DNA of 58,934 bases from Polaromonas sp. (GCA_043772355.1 JAYVGI010000171.1:1-58934); one strand, 5' to 3'. Shown: positions 26,988-38,581, numbered from the stretch's first letter. Translations and numbers: made by a program. The notes: a model not told the origin generated them from the letters alone.

Positions 26988-28034
26988 ATGAGCCAAACCA
27001 AACCCCTCATCATCGACTGCCACGGCCACTACACCACAGCCCCCAAGGCGCTGGAAACCTGGCGCAATGCGCAAATCGCAGGCATCAAAGATCCCGCGAT
27101 GATGCCCAAAGTGGCCGACCTCAAAATCAGCGACGACGAGCTGCGCGAATCCATCGAACTGAACCAACTGCGATTGATGAAAGAGCGCGGCAGCGACTTG
27201 ACCATCTTCTCGCCCCGTGCCTCCTTTATGGCGCACCATATTGGCGACTTCAATGTGTCGTCCACGTGGGCGGCGATTTGCAACGAGCTGTGCTACCGCG
27301 TCAGCCAGCTCTTCCCCGACAGCTTCGTGCCCGTGGCCATGCTGCCCCAGTCCCCCGGTGTAGACCCAAAAACCTGCATCCCCGAGCTGGTGAAATGCGT
27401 AGAGCAATACGGCAACGTCGGCATTAACCTGAACCCCGATCCATCGGGCGGCCACTGGACATCGCCGCCCCTGTCGGACAAGCACTGGTACCCGATCTAC
27501 GAGAAGATGGTGGAGTACGATATCCCCGCCATGATTCATGTGTCAACGAGTTGCAACGCCTGCTTTCACACCACCGGCGCGCACTACTTGAACGCCGACA
27601 CCACGGCATTTATGCAGTGCCTTACCAGCGATTTATTCAAAGAATTCCCTACGCTGAAATTCCTCATTCCGCACGGCGGCGGCGCAGTACCCTACCACTG
27701 GGGGCGCTTCCGTGGCCTCGCACAAGAGCTGAAAAAACCCTTGCTCAAAGACCATTTGCTGAACAACATTTTCTTCGACACCTGCGTCTACCACCAGCCC
27801 GGTATCGACCTGCTGACCAAGGTTATCCCGGTCGATAACATTTTGTTTGCCAGCGAAATGATCGGCGCCGTGCGCGGCATTGACCCAGAAACCGGCCACT
27901 ATTACGACGACACCAAGCGCTACATCGAAGGGGCGACCCAACTGAGCGCGCAGCAAAAATACCAGATCTACGAAGGCAACACGCGCCGCGTGTTCCCGCG
28001 TTTGGATAAAGCGCTTATGGCGAAGGGCAAGTGA
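26988..28034 (+). CDS. ligJ: 4-oxalomesaconate hydratase (LigJ/PmdE-like amidohydrolase)
   Basis: 348 aa. The N-terminus IIDCHGHYT and the blocks LNPDPSGG...PPLSDKHWYPIYEKMVEYDIPAMIH and IPHGGGAVPY closely follow my recollection of Sphingobium LigJ. The context with ligK, ligI and ligABC supports the call. Confidence 0.8.
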   Translation: MSQTKPLIIDCHGHYTTAPKALETWRNAQIAGIKDPAMMPKVADLKISDDELRESIELNQLRLMKERGSDLTIFSPRASFMAHHIGDFNVSSTWAAICNELCYRVSQLFPDSFVPVAMLPQSPGVDPKTCIPELVKCVEQYGNVGINLNPDPSGGHWTSPPLSDKHWYPIYEKMVEYDIPAMIHVSTSCNACFHTTGAHYLNADTTAFMQCLTSDLFKEFPTLKFLIPHGGGAVPYHWGRFRGLAQELKKPLLKDHLLNNIFFDTCVYHQPGIDLLTKVIPVDNILFASEMIGAVRGIDPETGHYYDDTKRYIEGATQLSAQQKYQIYEGNTRRVFPRLDKALMAKGK

Positions 28035-28059
28035 TTTTTTGATGCAATGTCAATAGCGT

Positions 28060-29385
28060 ATGCGCTCTCTCACTCGTCCACCTGCCACCTACAAAGCCAT
28101 CCACCATGGCATTGCCGATGTGCTGCAAGCTGCGCGAGCGCAGGCGGCGCGTAGCGTCAATGCGTTGATGACGGCAAGCTATTGGGAAACGGGGCGGCGC
28201 ATTGTAGAGGCCGAGCAGCAAGGCAAGAGGCGCGCTGGGTACGGAGAGCAGTTGATTGAGCGCTTGTCGCTGGATTTAACAGCGCAGTTTGGTCGAGGTT
28301 TCGGTGTCGTGAATTTGAGCCAAATGCGCAAGTTCTACGAGCTGTGGCCAATTCTTCAGACGGCGTCTGAAAATTCCACATCGACGGCCCCGCAGATTTT
28401 TCAGACAGCGTCTGAAAAATCTAACACCAAGTCTTTGCGCACTCTGCCAGTCGTGCATCGCACAGTCAGCAACCAACGCACGCTGGCCAACATCAGCAAC
28501 GCATTTCCCTTGCCGTGGTCGGCCTATGTGCGTTTGCTCTCAGTTAAAGACGCGATGGCACGCAGCTTCTACGAAACCGAGGCGTTACGCGGCGGCTGGA
28601 GCATGCGCCAGCTCGACCGTCAAATCGGTAGCCAGTTTTACCAACGCACTGCACTGTCACGCAATAAAATGGCCATGCTTTCCAAAGGCGCTATGGCTTT
28701 GTCTACCGATGCAATGCTGCCCGATGAAGCGGTAAAAGACCCCTTCTTTCTGGAATTTTTAAATCTCAAAGACGAATATTCAGAAACCGATTTGGAGTCG
28801 GCGCTCATCCACAAGTTGGAAGATTTTTTACTCGAACTGGGTAGCGACTTTACCTTTGTGGGGCGCCAGCGCAGGCTGCGTATAGACCACACCTGGTTTC
28901 GCATAGATTTGTTGTTCTACCACCGCCGCCTGCGCTGCTTGGTTATCATTGATTTAAAGCTGACCGACCTCACGCATGCAGATGTGGGACAAATGCACCT
29001 GTACTGTAATTTCGCCAAGGCTAACTGGATGCTGCCCGGTGAGAATCCGCCAGTGGGACTGATTCTGTGTGCGCACAAAGGTGCATCGCTGGCACGCTAC
29101 GCGTTAGACGGATTGCCCAATAAAATCATGGCAGGCGAATACAAAACACTGCTGCCGCAGGCCGCTGTGATAGAGGCCGAACTGGACAAAGCGCGGCGCG
29201 AGCTAGAGGGCATATTGCCTAGGCCTGTTGCAAAGTCTACGGAAGTAAAGAAAACAGGCGCAAAGAAAATAGTTTTGAAGAAAACTGCTCCAAAAACAAA
29301 GGCCTCAAGCAAAGTAGCAGCTAAGAAAATCAATAAACCCATTTCCAAAGTTCTAACTAAACCCATCAAGAAAAGAACACCATGA
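28060..29385 (+). CDS. DUF1016/YhcG-family PDDEXK nuclease-like protein with Lys-rich C-terminal tail
   Basis: 441 aa. YhcG_N-like duplicated QTASExS segment. C-terminal PD-(D/E)xK-like core ...[56 protein letters not shown]... The last 55 aa or so are [45 protein letters not shown]. The stop overlaps the ligK ATG (ATGA at 29382-29385). Confidence 0.75.
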   Translation: MRSLTRPPATYKAIHHGIADVLQAARAQAARSVNALMTASYWETGRRIVEAEQQGKRRAGYGEQLIERLSLDLTAQFGRGFGVVNLSQMRKFYELWPILQTASENSTSTAPQIFQTASEKSNTKSLRTLPVVHRTVSNQRTLANISNAFPLPWSAYVRLLSVKDAMARSFYETEALRGGWSMRQLDRQIGSQFYQRTALSRNKMAMLSKGAMALSTDAMLPDEAVKDPFFLEFLNLKDEYSETDLESALIHKLEDFLLELGSDFTFVGRQRRLRIDHTWFRIDLLFYHRRLRCLVIIDLKLTDLTHADVGQMHLYCNFAKANWMLPGENPPVGLILCAHKGASLARYALDGLPNKIMAGEYKTLLPQAAVIEAELDKARRELEGILPRPVAKSTEVKKTGAKKIVLKKTAPKTKASSKVAAKKINKPISKVLTKPIKKRTP

Positions 29386-30065
29386 CCACCCTCGGAATCG
29401 TTAAACGCAACATCACCCGCGCTGATAAAGCTGCCGTTGAAAAACTCAGCAAGTTCGGCGTCGCCACCATCCACGAAGCGCAAGGCCGCGTGGGCCTGAT
29501 GAAACCCTATATGCGCCCCATCTTCACTGGCGCGCGCACCTGCGGCACGGCAGTGACGGTGCTCACCCACCCGGGCGACAATTGGATGCTGCACGTAGTG
29601 GCCGAGCAGATCCAACCTGGCGATGTTGTGGTACTGGCCTGCACCTCTGAGAACAATGACGGCATGTTTGGCGACCTGCTGGCTACGTCCTTCATCGCAC
29701 GCGGCTGCGCAGGCTTGGTGAGCGACACGGGTGTGCGCGACATCAAAGACCTGACCGCCATGAACTTCCCGGTGTTCTCCCGCGCCATCCATGCCAAGGG
29801 CACCATCAAGTCCACCTTGGGCTCGGTCAATATCCCCGTGGTGTGCGCAGGGGTGAATGTGAACCCCGGTGACGTGATCATTGCCGATGACGACGGCGTA
29901 GTGGTGGTACCCGCAGCCGACGCCCAAAAAGTGGTTGATGCCGCCGAAGCGCGCGAGGCGCTGGAAGCTGATAAGCGCGCCAAGCTGGCTGCTGGTGTAT
30001 TGGGCCTGGATATGTACAACATGCGCGAACCGCTGGCCAAGGCGGGGTTGAAATATATTGATTGA
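29382..30065 (+). CDS. ligK: 4-carboxy-4-hydroxy-2-oxoadipate aldolase / oxaloacetate decarboxylase (RraA-fold, LigK/PmdF-like)
   Basis: 227 aa RraA-family sequence ([11 protein letters not shown]...PGDNWMLH...GD...GDLL...RG..G.V.D.G.RD). Context within the lig cluster supports the call. Confidence 0.8.
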   Translation: MTTLGIVKRNITRADKAAVEKLSKFGVATIHEAQGRVGLMKPYMRPIFTGARTCGTAVTVLTHPGDNWMLHVVAEQIQPGDVVVLACTSENNDGMFGDLLATSFIARGCAGLVSDTGVRDIKDLTAMNFPVFSRAIHAKGTIKSTLGSVNIPVVCAGVNVNPGDVIIADDDGVVVVPAADAQKVVDAAEAREALEADKRAKLAAGVLGLDMYNMREPLAKAGLKYID

Positions 30066-30106
30066 TGAGCTCGGAAACGGCGAAGAAAAAAACAAAGAAG
30101 TAATAC

Positions 30107-30146
30107 CGGACGCAGAGGACGCAAAAGTTACGCAAAGGACGCAAAA
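30107..30146. repeat. Solo left arm of the GGACGCAGAGGACGCAAAAG repeat family
   Basis: cggacgcagaggacgcaaaagttacgcaaaggacgcaaaag. No matching right arm follows. Confidence 0.75.
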
Positions 30147-30208
30147 GAAAACCAAAAATGAAAGCCCCTTTGAGCCCTTTTTTCTTTGCATTCCTGTTTA
30201 CTTGAACT

Positions 30209-31009
30209 ATGAATTTCTCTAAACGCCTTCTCCTTCACGTTGCATTGGCCTTATCGGTGGTGCTGGCAGGTTGCGCCAGCACCGTACCCGCGCTCGATCC
30301 ACAGGCACGCGCCGCTTTGGCACCCACGGGCACACTGCGCGTGGGGGTGTACCCCGGCAGCCCCACATCGCTGGTGCGTGATGCCAAAGGCGAGAAGGCG
30401 GGGGTGGCGCTGGACTTGGGCAACGCATTGGGCAAACAGCTGGGCGTGCCGGTGCAAGTCGTTGAGTTTGCCCGCCTGGCCTTGGTGCTGGACGCGCTCA
30501 AGGCAGGGCAGATCGACTTTACCTTTACCAATGCCACGCCCGTGCGTGCGAAGGATGTGGACTTTACGCCCGCTTTGGTGCAGCTGGAGCTGGGGTATCT
30601 CGTGCCCACGGGCTCGGCAATTGTGAAGCCCGAAGATGTGGACAAGAGCGGCGTGCGTGTCGGCGTGAGCCAAGGCAGCTCGTCGCAGGGCGTGCTGTCG
30701 CAGGCCTACAAGAGCGCGACCATCGTTCCCGCTGCGTCTATCAGCCAAGCGCAAGAGATGCTGCTGGCGCGCAAGGTGGAAGCCTTTGCCACCAACAAAG
30801 GCATCTTGTTTGAAATGCTCGATGGCCTGCCCAACCACCGGATCCTTGACGGTCGCTGGGGCCTGGAGAATCTGGCCATCGCCGTGCCGCAAGGCCGCAG
30901 TGTGGCCATGCCGTATCTACAGCAGTTTGCCCAGCAGGTGCGCGGCAATGGCGCGTTGCAGGCGGCAGTCAGTCGGGCGGGTTTGCGCGGTACGGCGCAG
31001 GCGCAGTAA
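30209..31009 (+). CDS. Family-3 (polar amino acid-type) ABC transporter substrate-binding lipoprotein
   Basis: 266 aa. Signal and lipobox LALSVVLAGCAS. SBP_bac_3-like pattern LRVGVYPGSP..., DFTFTNATP... Confidence 0.75.
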   Translation: MNFSKRLLLHVALALSVVLAGCASTVPALDPQARAALAPTGTLRVGVYPGSPTSLVRDAKGEKAGVALDLGNALGKQLGVPVQVVEFARLALVLDALKAGQIDFTFTNATPVRAKDVDFTPALVQLELGYLVPTGSAIVKPEDVDKSGVRVGVSQGSSSQGVLSQAYKSATIVPAASISQAQEMLLARKVEAFATNKGILFEMLDGLPNHRILDGRWGLENLAIAVPQGRSVAMPYLQQFAQQVRGNGALQAAVSRAGLRGTAQAQ

Positions 31010-31043
31010 CCGCAAATTTTCAATTTCCCAAAGGTACTCTGTG

Positions 31044-32105
31044 ATGAATATTAATAAACTACTAACCCAGTTTGCCCTGCGCTTGGTCTGTCCTGAGCTG
31101 CTCGCGGGGGCGAAGGATGCAATTAGATTGTTTGGCAGCCGCGGCTGGGTGACAGCGATATCCGTAGCACTTAGTGCCGCAACGTTGGCATTGCCCGTGG
31201 CCGCGCAGACGTACCCCAGCAAGCCCGTCAAAATCGTCGTCGGCTACGCAGCCGGTGGTGCAGTAGACATCGTAGCGCGCACGGTCGGCCAAAGCCTGGC
31301 CACCAGCCTGGGCCAGCCCTTCATCGTCGAAAACAAACCCGGCGCAGGCACCAATATCGCGGTGAAAGCCGTGATCGATGCCGCGCCCGATGGCTACACC
31401 CTCATGTTGGCCGCCAATGCTTTAGCCGCCAACATGGCGCTGTACCAGCCCGCCCCCTTTGATGCTGAGCGCGACCTGGTGCCTATCGCCTTGGTAGGCC
31501 GTGTGCCTGTCGTCATCGCAGCCAACCCCAGCGTGCCCTATGCCACAGTTGCCAAGCTGATTGAAGCGGCCAAGGCCAAACCCGGTGGCATTGCCTTTGC
31601 CAGCCCCGGCAATGGCTCTACCCCTCACATGGCTATCGAGCTATTCGCCCATTCAGCAGGCATGAGCTTGCAGCACATTCCGTACCGTGGCGGCTCCCAA
31701 GCCATTACCGATGTGATCGGTGGTCAGGTGCCTTTGGTCGCAGTCAACGCGCTGGAAGCGCTGCCGCACTTCAAAAGCGGCAAACTCAAAGTACTGGCCG
31801 TGCTCAGCCCCAACCGCTCCAGCATCTTCCCCGATGTGCCTACGATTGCCGAGTCGGGCTACGCAGGCTTTGAGGCCTCGGTGTGGTATGGCTTTGTGGC
31901 CCCCGCAGCCACGCCCAAACCTATCGTGACCCGCCTGCACGCTGAGGTACAAAAAGCCCTGCAAACCCCCGAGGTGCGCGAGCGCATGACGGCGGTGGGA
32001 GGCGAAGTGGTGCCCGGTAGCAGCGAGCAGTTTGGTGCACTCCTGCGCTCAGAGCGCCTACGCTATGAAAAACTGGTGCGTGATGCGAATATCAAGCCTG
32101 ACTGA
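31044..32105 (+). CDS. Bug family (TctC-like) substrate-binding protein
   Basis: ORF 30786..32105. Its 5' part overlaps the previous gene in another frame. The ATG at 31044 (MNINKLL...) is followed by the signal-like AISVALSAATLALPVAAQ and then YPSKPVKIVVGYAAGGAVD. A later non-ATG start is possible. Confidence 0.85.
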   Translation: MNINKLLTQFALRLVCPELLAGAKDAIRLFGSRGWVTAISVALSAATLALPVAAQTYPSKPVKIVVGYAAGGAVDIVARTVGQSLATSLGQPFIVENKPGAGTNIAVKAVIDAAPDGYTLMLAANALAANMALYQPAPFDAERDLVPIALVGRVPVVIAANPSVPYATVAKLIEAAKAKPGGIAFASPGNGSTPHMAIELFAHSAGMSLQHIPYRGGSQAITDVIGGQVPLVAVNALEALPHFKSGKLKVLAVLSPNRSSIFPDVPTIAESGYAGFEASVWYGFVAPAATPKPIVTRLHAEVQKALQTPEVRERMTAVGGEVVPGSSEQFGALLRSERLRYEKLVRDANIKPD

Positions 32106-32200
32106 TGAACTACTACGCCAGTTGCACTGTATTGACGTTTCCCCAAATGACTCGCTGTGTCCCGTTCATGCTTCGCGTGGCTTGTCTTGGTCTTGTACGG

Positions 32201-32305
32201 GATCAGGCCGACGGCGCACTTAGCTCCGCGGCTGTCCCCCGTGCTGGCCTAGGGCCAGCGACTCCTCCTTTATGCCGCTGCGCTAAGTGCACCGTCGACC
32301 TGATC
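32201..32305 (+). repeat. Structured palindromic element, copy 2
   Basis: Outer stem gatcaggccgacggcgcacttagc/gctaagtgcaccgtcgacctgatc. Core tccgcggctgtcccccgtgctggcctagggccagcgactcctcctttatgccgctgc. Confidence 0.7.
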
Positions 32306-32357
32306 TCGCGAAGTTGTAGGCGATCCACCGTTGTAGCGTCAACCATCCCACTACGCA

Positions 32358-32460
32358 GCTCTGGCGCTTGGCGTGGACGGCGCAGCGGCATACAAGGAGG
32401 CGGCGGCCATAAGCCGCCCCGGGGGACAGCCGCGGAGCCGTCCACGCCAAGTGCCAGAGC
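32358..32460 (-). repeat. Structured palindromic element, copy 3 (inverted orientation)
   Basis: The reverse complement has outer stem gctctggcacttggcgtggacgg/ccgtccacgccaagcgccagagc. Core ctccgcggctgtcccccggggcggcttatggccgccgcctccttgtatgccgctgcg. Confidence 0.7.
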
Positions 32461-32554
32461 GGGCACAGCCTTGGAGCCCGTTTCCTAGCAACTGAAAACA
32501 AACACAATCGCAGACAGACTTATTTCCCACCAGACCATCAAGAAAACGAAAATC

Positions 32555-33460
32555 ATGCAATTCACCAAAACCCCTGGCTGGCTAGACTGGTACACCGGCC
32601 CCAGCAAACCCAGCTTCAAACTCCCCGCAGGTGCAGTGGACGCGCACTGCCATGTATTTGGCCCCAGCGACAAATTTCCCTACGCCCCCGAGCGCAAATA
32701 CACGCCCTGCGATGCCAGCAAAGAACAGCTCTTTGCCCTGCGCGACCACCTGGGCTTTGATAAAAACGTCATCGTGCAAGCCACCTGCCACGGCAGCGAC
32801 AACCGCGCCTTGGTCGATGCCCTGAACGCATCCCACAACAAAGCACGCGGCGTTGCCACCGTCAGCCGCGACGTGACTGATACCGAGCTGCACGCTTTGC
32901 ACGCAGCCGGTGTGCGCGGCACGCGTTTTAACTTTGTCAAGCGCCTGGCCGACTTCACCCCGCGCGAGGTACTGCTGGAGATCGCCAACCGCATCGCCCC
33001 GCTGGGCTGGCATGTGGTGATTTATTTTGAAGCGGTGGATTTGCCCGAGCTGTACGACTTTTTTACCGCCTTGCCCACCACCGTGGTGGTCGATCACATG
33101 GGCCGCCCCGATGCGACCAAGCCCGTAGATGGCCCAGAGTTTGCGCTGTTCCTCAAGATGATGCGGGAGCACACCAACATCTGGAGCAAAGTCACCTGCC
33201 CCGAACGCCTCAGCACCACAGGCCCTGCCGCATTGAACGGCGAGCAGCGCGCCTACCAGGACGTGATCCCGTTCGCCAAAAAGCTGGTTGAATCCTTCCC
33301 TGACCGCGTGCTCTGGGGCACCGACTGGCCGCACCCGAACCTGAAAAACCATATGCCCGATGATGGCTTGCTGGTAGACTTTATTCCGCAAATTGCCACT
33401 ACCAAAGAATTGCAACAAAAGCTGTTGGTGGACAACCCCACTCGTCTGTATTGGTCATAA
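32555..33460 (+). CDS. ligI: 2-pyrone-4,6-dicarboxylate hydrolase (LigI/PmdD-like amidohydrolase)
   Basis: 301 aa. Motifs GAVDAHCHVFGP...KFPY, ...VIVQATCHG.DN, VVVDHMGRPD and WGTDWPHPN are typical of LigI-type lactonases. Context supports the call. Confidence 0.8.
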   Translation: MQFTKTPGWLDWYTGPSKPSFKLPAGAVDAHCHVFGPSDKFPYAPERKYTPCDASKEQLFALRDHLGFDKNVIVQATCHGSDNRALVDALNASHNKARGVATVSRDVTDTELHALHAAGVRGTRFNFVKRLADFTPREVLLEIANRIAPLGWHVVIYFEAVDLPELYDFFTALPTTVVVDHMGRPDATKPVDGPEFALFLKMMREHTNIWSKVTCPERLSTTGPAALNGEQRAYQDVIPFAKKLVESFPDRVLWGTDWPHPNLKNHMPDDGLLVDFIPQIATTKELQQKLLVDNPTRLYWS

Positions 33461-33538
33461 TCTTTGATCAGCCAGACGCAGGTATTTAGGACGGTTCAAC
33501 AACAGGCCTGACTATGTAGATGCCTCGGACAGCAATTG

Positions 33539-33632
33539 CCCTCACCCCAACCCTCTCCCAGAGGGAGAGGGAGTCAAGTCAGGGCATTCCTGGCTCCCTC
33601 GCCCGCACTGCGGGAGAGGGCTGGGGTGAGGG
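33539..33632. repeat. REP-like GC-rich palindromic element (ccctcaccccaaccctctccc ... gggagagggctggggtgaggg)
   Basis: The outer inverted repeat of 21 nt has one mismatch. Internal small hairpins ccctctccc-aga-gggagaggg and cccgcactgcggg. Confidence 0.75.
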
Positions 33633-33673
33633 TGTCTGAGGCACGTACATAATCAGGACAACAGGAGACAACG

Positions 33674-35395
33674 ATGGTTCGTACACTTTCAACGGGTTTA
33701 AGTTGCACTACATTGGCTGCTGCGGCGTTGCTGGCAGCGTGCGGGACTACGATGCAGTCCGCTGCGCCCAGCGCGGCCCCTGTGTCCATCAGCCTGGGCA
33801 GCAACCCAGCGCAGGCCTGCGCCGCGCTGACTGCGCCCGTTCCTGCCAGCGAGATCGGTCTGCCCAGCGGCATTGCCAGCATTGACTCTGCCACGCTGGT
33901 AGCCGCAAGCCCGCTGGCCGTGGCCGAGCGCGGCCCCACGCCTGCTGCACGCATCACGCCGGATACGCCCGCGCATTGCAAAGTGCTGGGCCGCATCGCG
34001 CCGCTCGACCCCAAGGCTCCTCCGATCATGTTTCAGGTCAATTTGCCCTTGCAATGGAATGGCCGCACCGTGCAGTACGGTGGCGGTGGCTTTAACGGCG
34101 TGTTGATCAGCGGCCTGTCTTTGATCCCCGCTGGGCGCTTTGATCAGCCCATTCCGTTGGCGCAGGGCTACGTCACCTATGGCACCGATTCGGGCCACCA
34201 AAATGCGCCGGGCGTGCCACCCCAGGCCTTTGCACTGAACGACGAAGCCATGCTCAACTTTGCCCATGCCTCGTATAAAAAAGTGCGTGATGTGGCGGTG
34301 GCCTTGGTGCGCCGTGGCTATGGCCGTGCGCCAGAAAAACTGTATTTTGTCGGCAGCTCCGAGGGCGGCCGTGAGGGCCTGACCATGGCGCAGCGCTACC
34401 CCAACGACTTTGACGGTATTTTCAGCCGCGTACCCGTCATCAACTGGACGGGCTTGCAGCACGCAGGCACCCGCGCAGGCGTGGCCAGCATGGGCGAGGG
34501 CTGGATACGCCCCGCACAAGTCAAGCTGGTACACGACGCGGTGCTGGCCGCCTGCGATGCAGCCGACGGCCTGCAAGATGGCCTGGTATCTGACCCGGTA
34601 GGTTGCAAGCGCCGTTTTGACCCCGCCACGCTGCTATGCAAACCGGGCGCAGCAGCAGACAGCTGCCTGAGCGTAGCCCAGTTGACTGCGCTGCAAACCT
34701 TGCATGCCCCCTACCGCTTCTCGTTCCCCTTGGCCAATGGCATTACCGAGTACCCCGGCTGGGGCGTGTCGGGTGAGAACACGCCACCCTTCGCAGCCAC
34801 CGGAGGCTGGAAAGCCTGGTGGCTAGGCAGCGCAGCGCCTACGCTGCCCTCGCAACCTGCTAACGGCATCGCCTGGGTGTACGGTAGTGGCGCCATTCAG
34901 TACCTGTACGCCCGCGATGCCAATTTTGACGTGCGCCAATACCGTCCAGAAAATTTTGCAGACCGTGTGCGCGAAGTGTCCGCATTGATGGACTCCACCA
35001 ACCCCGATTTAAGCGCCTTTCACGCACGCGGCGGCAAGCTGATGATGCTGGAGAACATGGCCGACTACGCGCAAAGCCCGTATGCAGGCATTGGCTACTA
35101 CGAGTCGGTGGTGGCGCGCATGGGGCTGGGCACGACGGACAAGTTTCTTAAACTCTACACGGCACCCGGTGTAGACCACGTAGGCAGCGGCGCACCCGCC
35201 AACGTGGATATTTTGACTGCGCTGACCCAATGGGTAGAGCGCGGCGCAGTACCGTCGGGCCTGCAACTGGTAGACCAAGAATTCAAAGCCCCGTTTGCCG
35301 TCACCCGCGCCCGCCCCCTGTGCGAGTGGCCGCGCTGGACGCGCTATATGGGTGGCGATGCGAACCAAGCCGCCAGTTTTATCTGTGAAAAATGA
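33674..35395 (+). CDS. Tannase/feruloyl-esterase family alpha/beta hydrolase, probable lipoprotein
   Basis: 573 aa. RBS aggaga at 33663. Signal and lipobox AAAALLAACGT. Nucleophile region YFVGSSEGGREG (family pattern FxGCSxGGRxG). His region APGVDHVGSGAP (family pattern PGxxHCxGGxG). Confidence 0.75.
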   Translation: MVRTLSTGLSCTTLAAAALLAACGTTMQSAAPSAAPVSISLGSNPAQACAALTAPVPASEIGLPSGIASIDSATLVAASPLAVAERGPTPAARITPDTPAHCKVLGRIAPLDPKAPPIMFQVNLPLQWNGRTVQYGGGGFNGVLISGLSLIPAGRFDQPIPLAQGYVTYGTDSGHQNAPGVPPQAFALNDEAMLNFAHASYKKVRDVAVALVRRGYGRAPEKLYFVGSSEGGREGLTMAQRYPNDFDGIFSRVPVINWTGLQHAGTRAGVASMGEGWIRPAQVKLVHDAVLAACDAADGLQDGLVSDPVGCKRRFDPATLLCKPGAAADSCLSVAQLTALQTLHAPYRFSFPLANGITEYPGWGVSGENTPPFAATGGWKAWWLGSAAPTLPSQPANGIAWVYGSGAIQYLYARDANFDVRQYRPENFADRVREVSALMDSTNPDLSAFHARGGKLMMLENMADYAQSPYAGIGYYESVVARMGLGTTDKFLKLYTAPGVDHVGSGAPANVDILTALTQWVERGAVPSGLQLVDQEFKAPFAVTRARPLCEWPRWTRYMGGDANQAASFICEK

Positions 35396-35414
35396 TATCG
35401 AAGGAGAACCCCTG

Positions 35415-37661
<2,247 letters not shown>

Positions 37662-37701
37662 TTTTTTTGTCGCTGGTCGGTCAACAGGTATCGACCTCTT
37701 G

Positions 37702-37740
37702 CCCCCTCTCCCGCTTGCGGGAGAGGGCGGGGGTGAGGGC
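37702..37740. repeat. REP-like GC-rich hairpin (ccctctcccgc-ttg-cgggagaggg + cgggggtgagggc)
   Basis: Same family as 11550..11574 and 33539..33632. Lies between ligC and soxX. Confidence 0.7.
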
Positions 37741-37749
37741 CACAGAGCA

Positions 37750-38190
37750 ATGCCATACCAGGCGGGGCAGCACATCGCAAGACTCGTCGCGCTCGTGGTC
37801 GCACCCATACTGTTGGCTGCGTGTGCCAACAGCCCTCTTCAAAGCCCAGTCCCTACTGCGCCGCCCATTCATGCTGTTGCATCCAACGACATCGCCCCGC
37901 CATCCACCGCATCCCTCCAACAAGGCTGGCGCATCCTTTTCGACCAACGCCTGGGCAACTGCGCAGCCTGCCATTCCATTCCCAATGAGCATGGCAAAAA
38001 AGTCGGCATCCAAAGCACCTTCGCCCCCGCGCTGGACGGCGTGGCTGCGCGCTACAACGCCGCGCAACTACGCCAGTGGGTGGTAGATGCACGCAAGATC
38101 AACCCCAACACCATGATGCCGCCGTTTGGCCCCATGCTCAGCCCACAACAAGTTACCGATGTGCTTGCTGCCCTGCAAACTCTGCGCTAA
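37750..38190 (+). CDS. soxX: SoxX-like monohaem c-type cytochrome, probable lipoprotein
   Basis: ORF 37576..38190, with the internal ATG at 37750. Signal and lipobox VVAPILLAACAN. Haem motif CAACH. C-terminal ...NPNTMMPPFG... Confidence 0.7.
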   Translation: MPYQAGQHIARLVALVVAPILLAACANSPLQSPVPTAPPIHAVASNDIAPPSTASLQQGWRILFDQRLGNCAACHSIPNEHGKKVGIQSTFAPALDGVAARYNAAQLRQWVVDARKINPNTMMPPFGPMLSPQQVTDVLAALQTLR

Positions 38191-38236
38191 CATTCGTAAT
38201 CCATCTCGACCAATTAACCATCAAGCCCACCCCCCC

Positions 38237-38581
38237 ATGGACACCGCAGCCCTGCAACAACTCAAGCTACGCCCCGGCGGCGCCAAGCTGGAACTGGAGC
38301 CTTTGTCTGAGACGGGCAACGCCATCCCCATCGGCGTTCGGCTGCAAGCGCCAGCGGGGTTAACCATTGAATCCTTCGAGGTATTTGCGCCAGATAACCC
38401 GCAGCCCCAGGTCATCAAAATCAAGCTGGGAACGCCGCAGGCCAGCTACCGGTTTGACACACGCATGCGCTTAGGGATAAGCCAAGACATCTGGTTGGTG
38501 GCCAAGCTGTCTGACGGCAGCCTGATAGGCGACCATGCGCCGACGGTGCTGACCTCGTCGGCGTGTTTTGACGCGAGTTGA
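38237..38581 (+). CDS. SoxY-related carrier-like protein with non-canonical C-terminus (…SSACFDAS instead of GGCGG)
   Basis: ORF 38126..38581, with the ATG at 38237. The SoxY-like Ig-fold block is LELEPLSETGNAIPIGVRL...IESFEVFAPDNPQPQV. A single Cys lies 5 residues from the end. No Tat or Sec signal is seen with either start. Confidence 0.6.
   Translation: MDTAALQQLKLRPGGAKLELEPLSETGNAIPIGVRLQAPAGLTIESFEVFAPDNPQPQVIKIKLGTPQASYRFDTRMRLGISQDIWLVAKLSDGSLIGDHAPTVLTSSACFDAS

Noticed and set aside
30786-31043. The 439-aa version of the Bug ORF (30786..32105), and similar long N-terminal extensions of 20479.., 23522.., 35295.., 35800.., 36585.., 37576.., 42736...
   Set aside because: The extensions overlap the preceding gene or a repeat, contain no family sequence, and internal ATGs with an SD or signal peptide give proteins of normal length.
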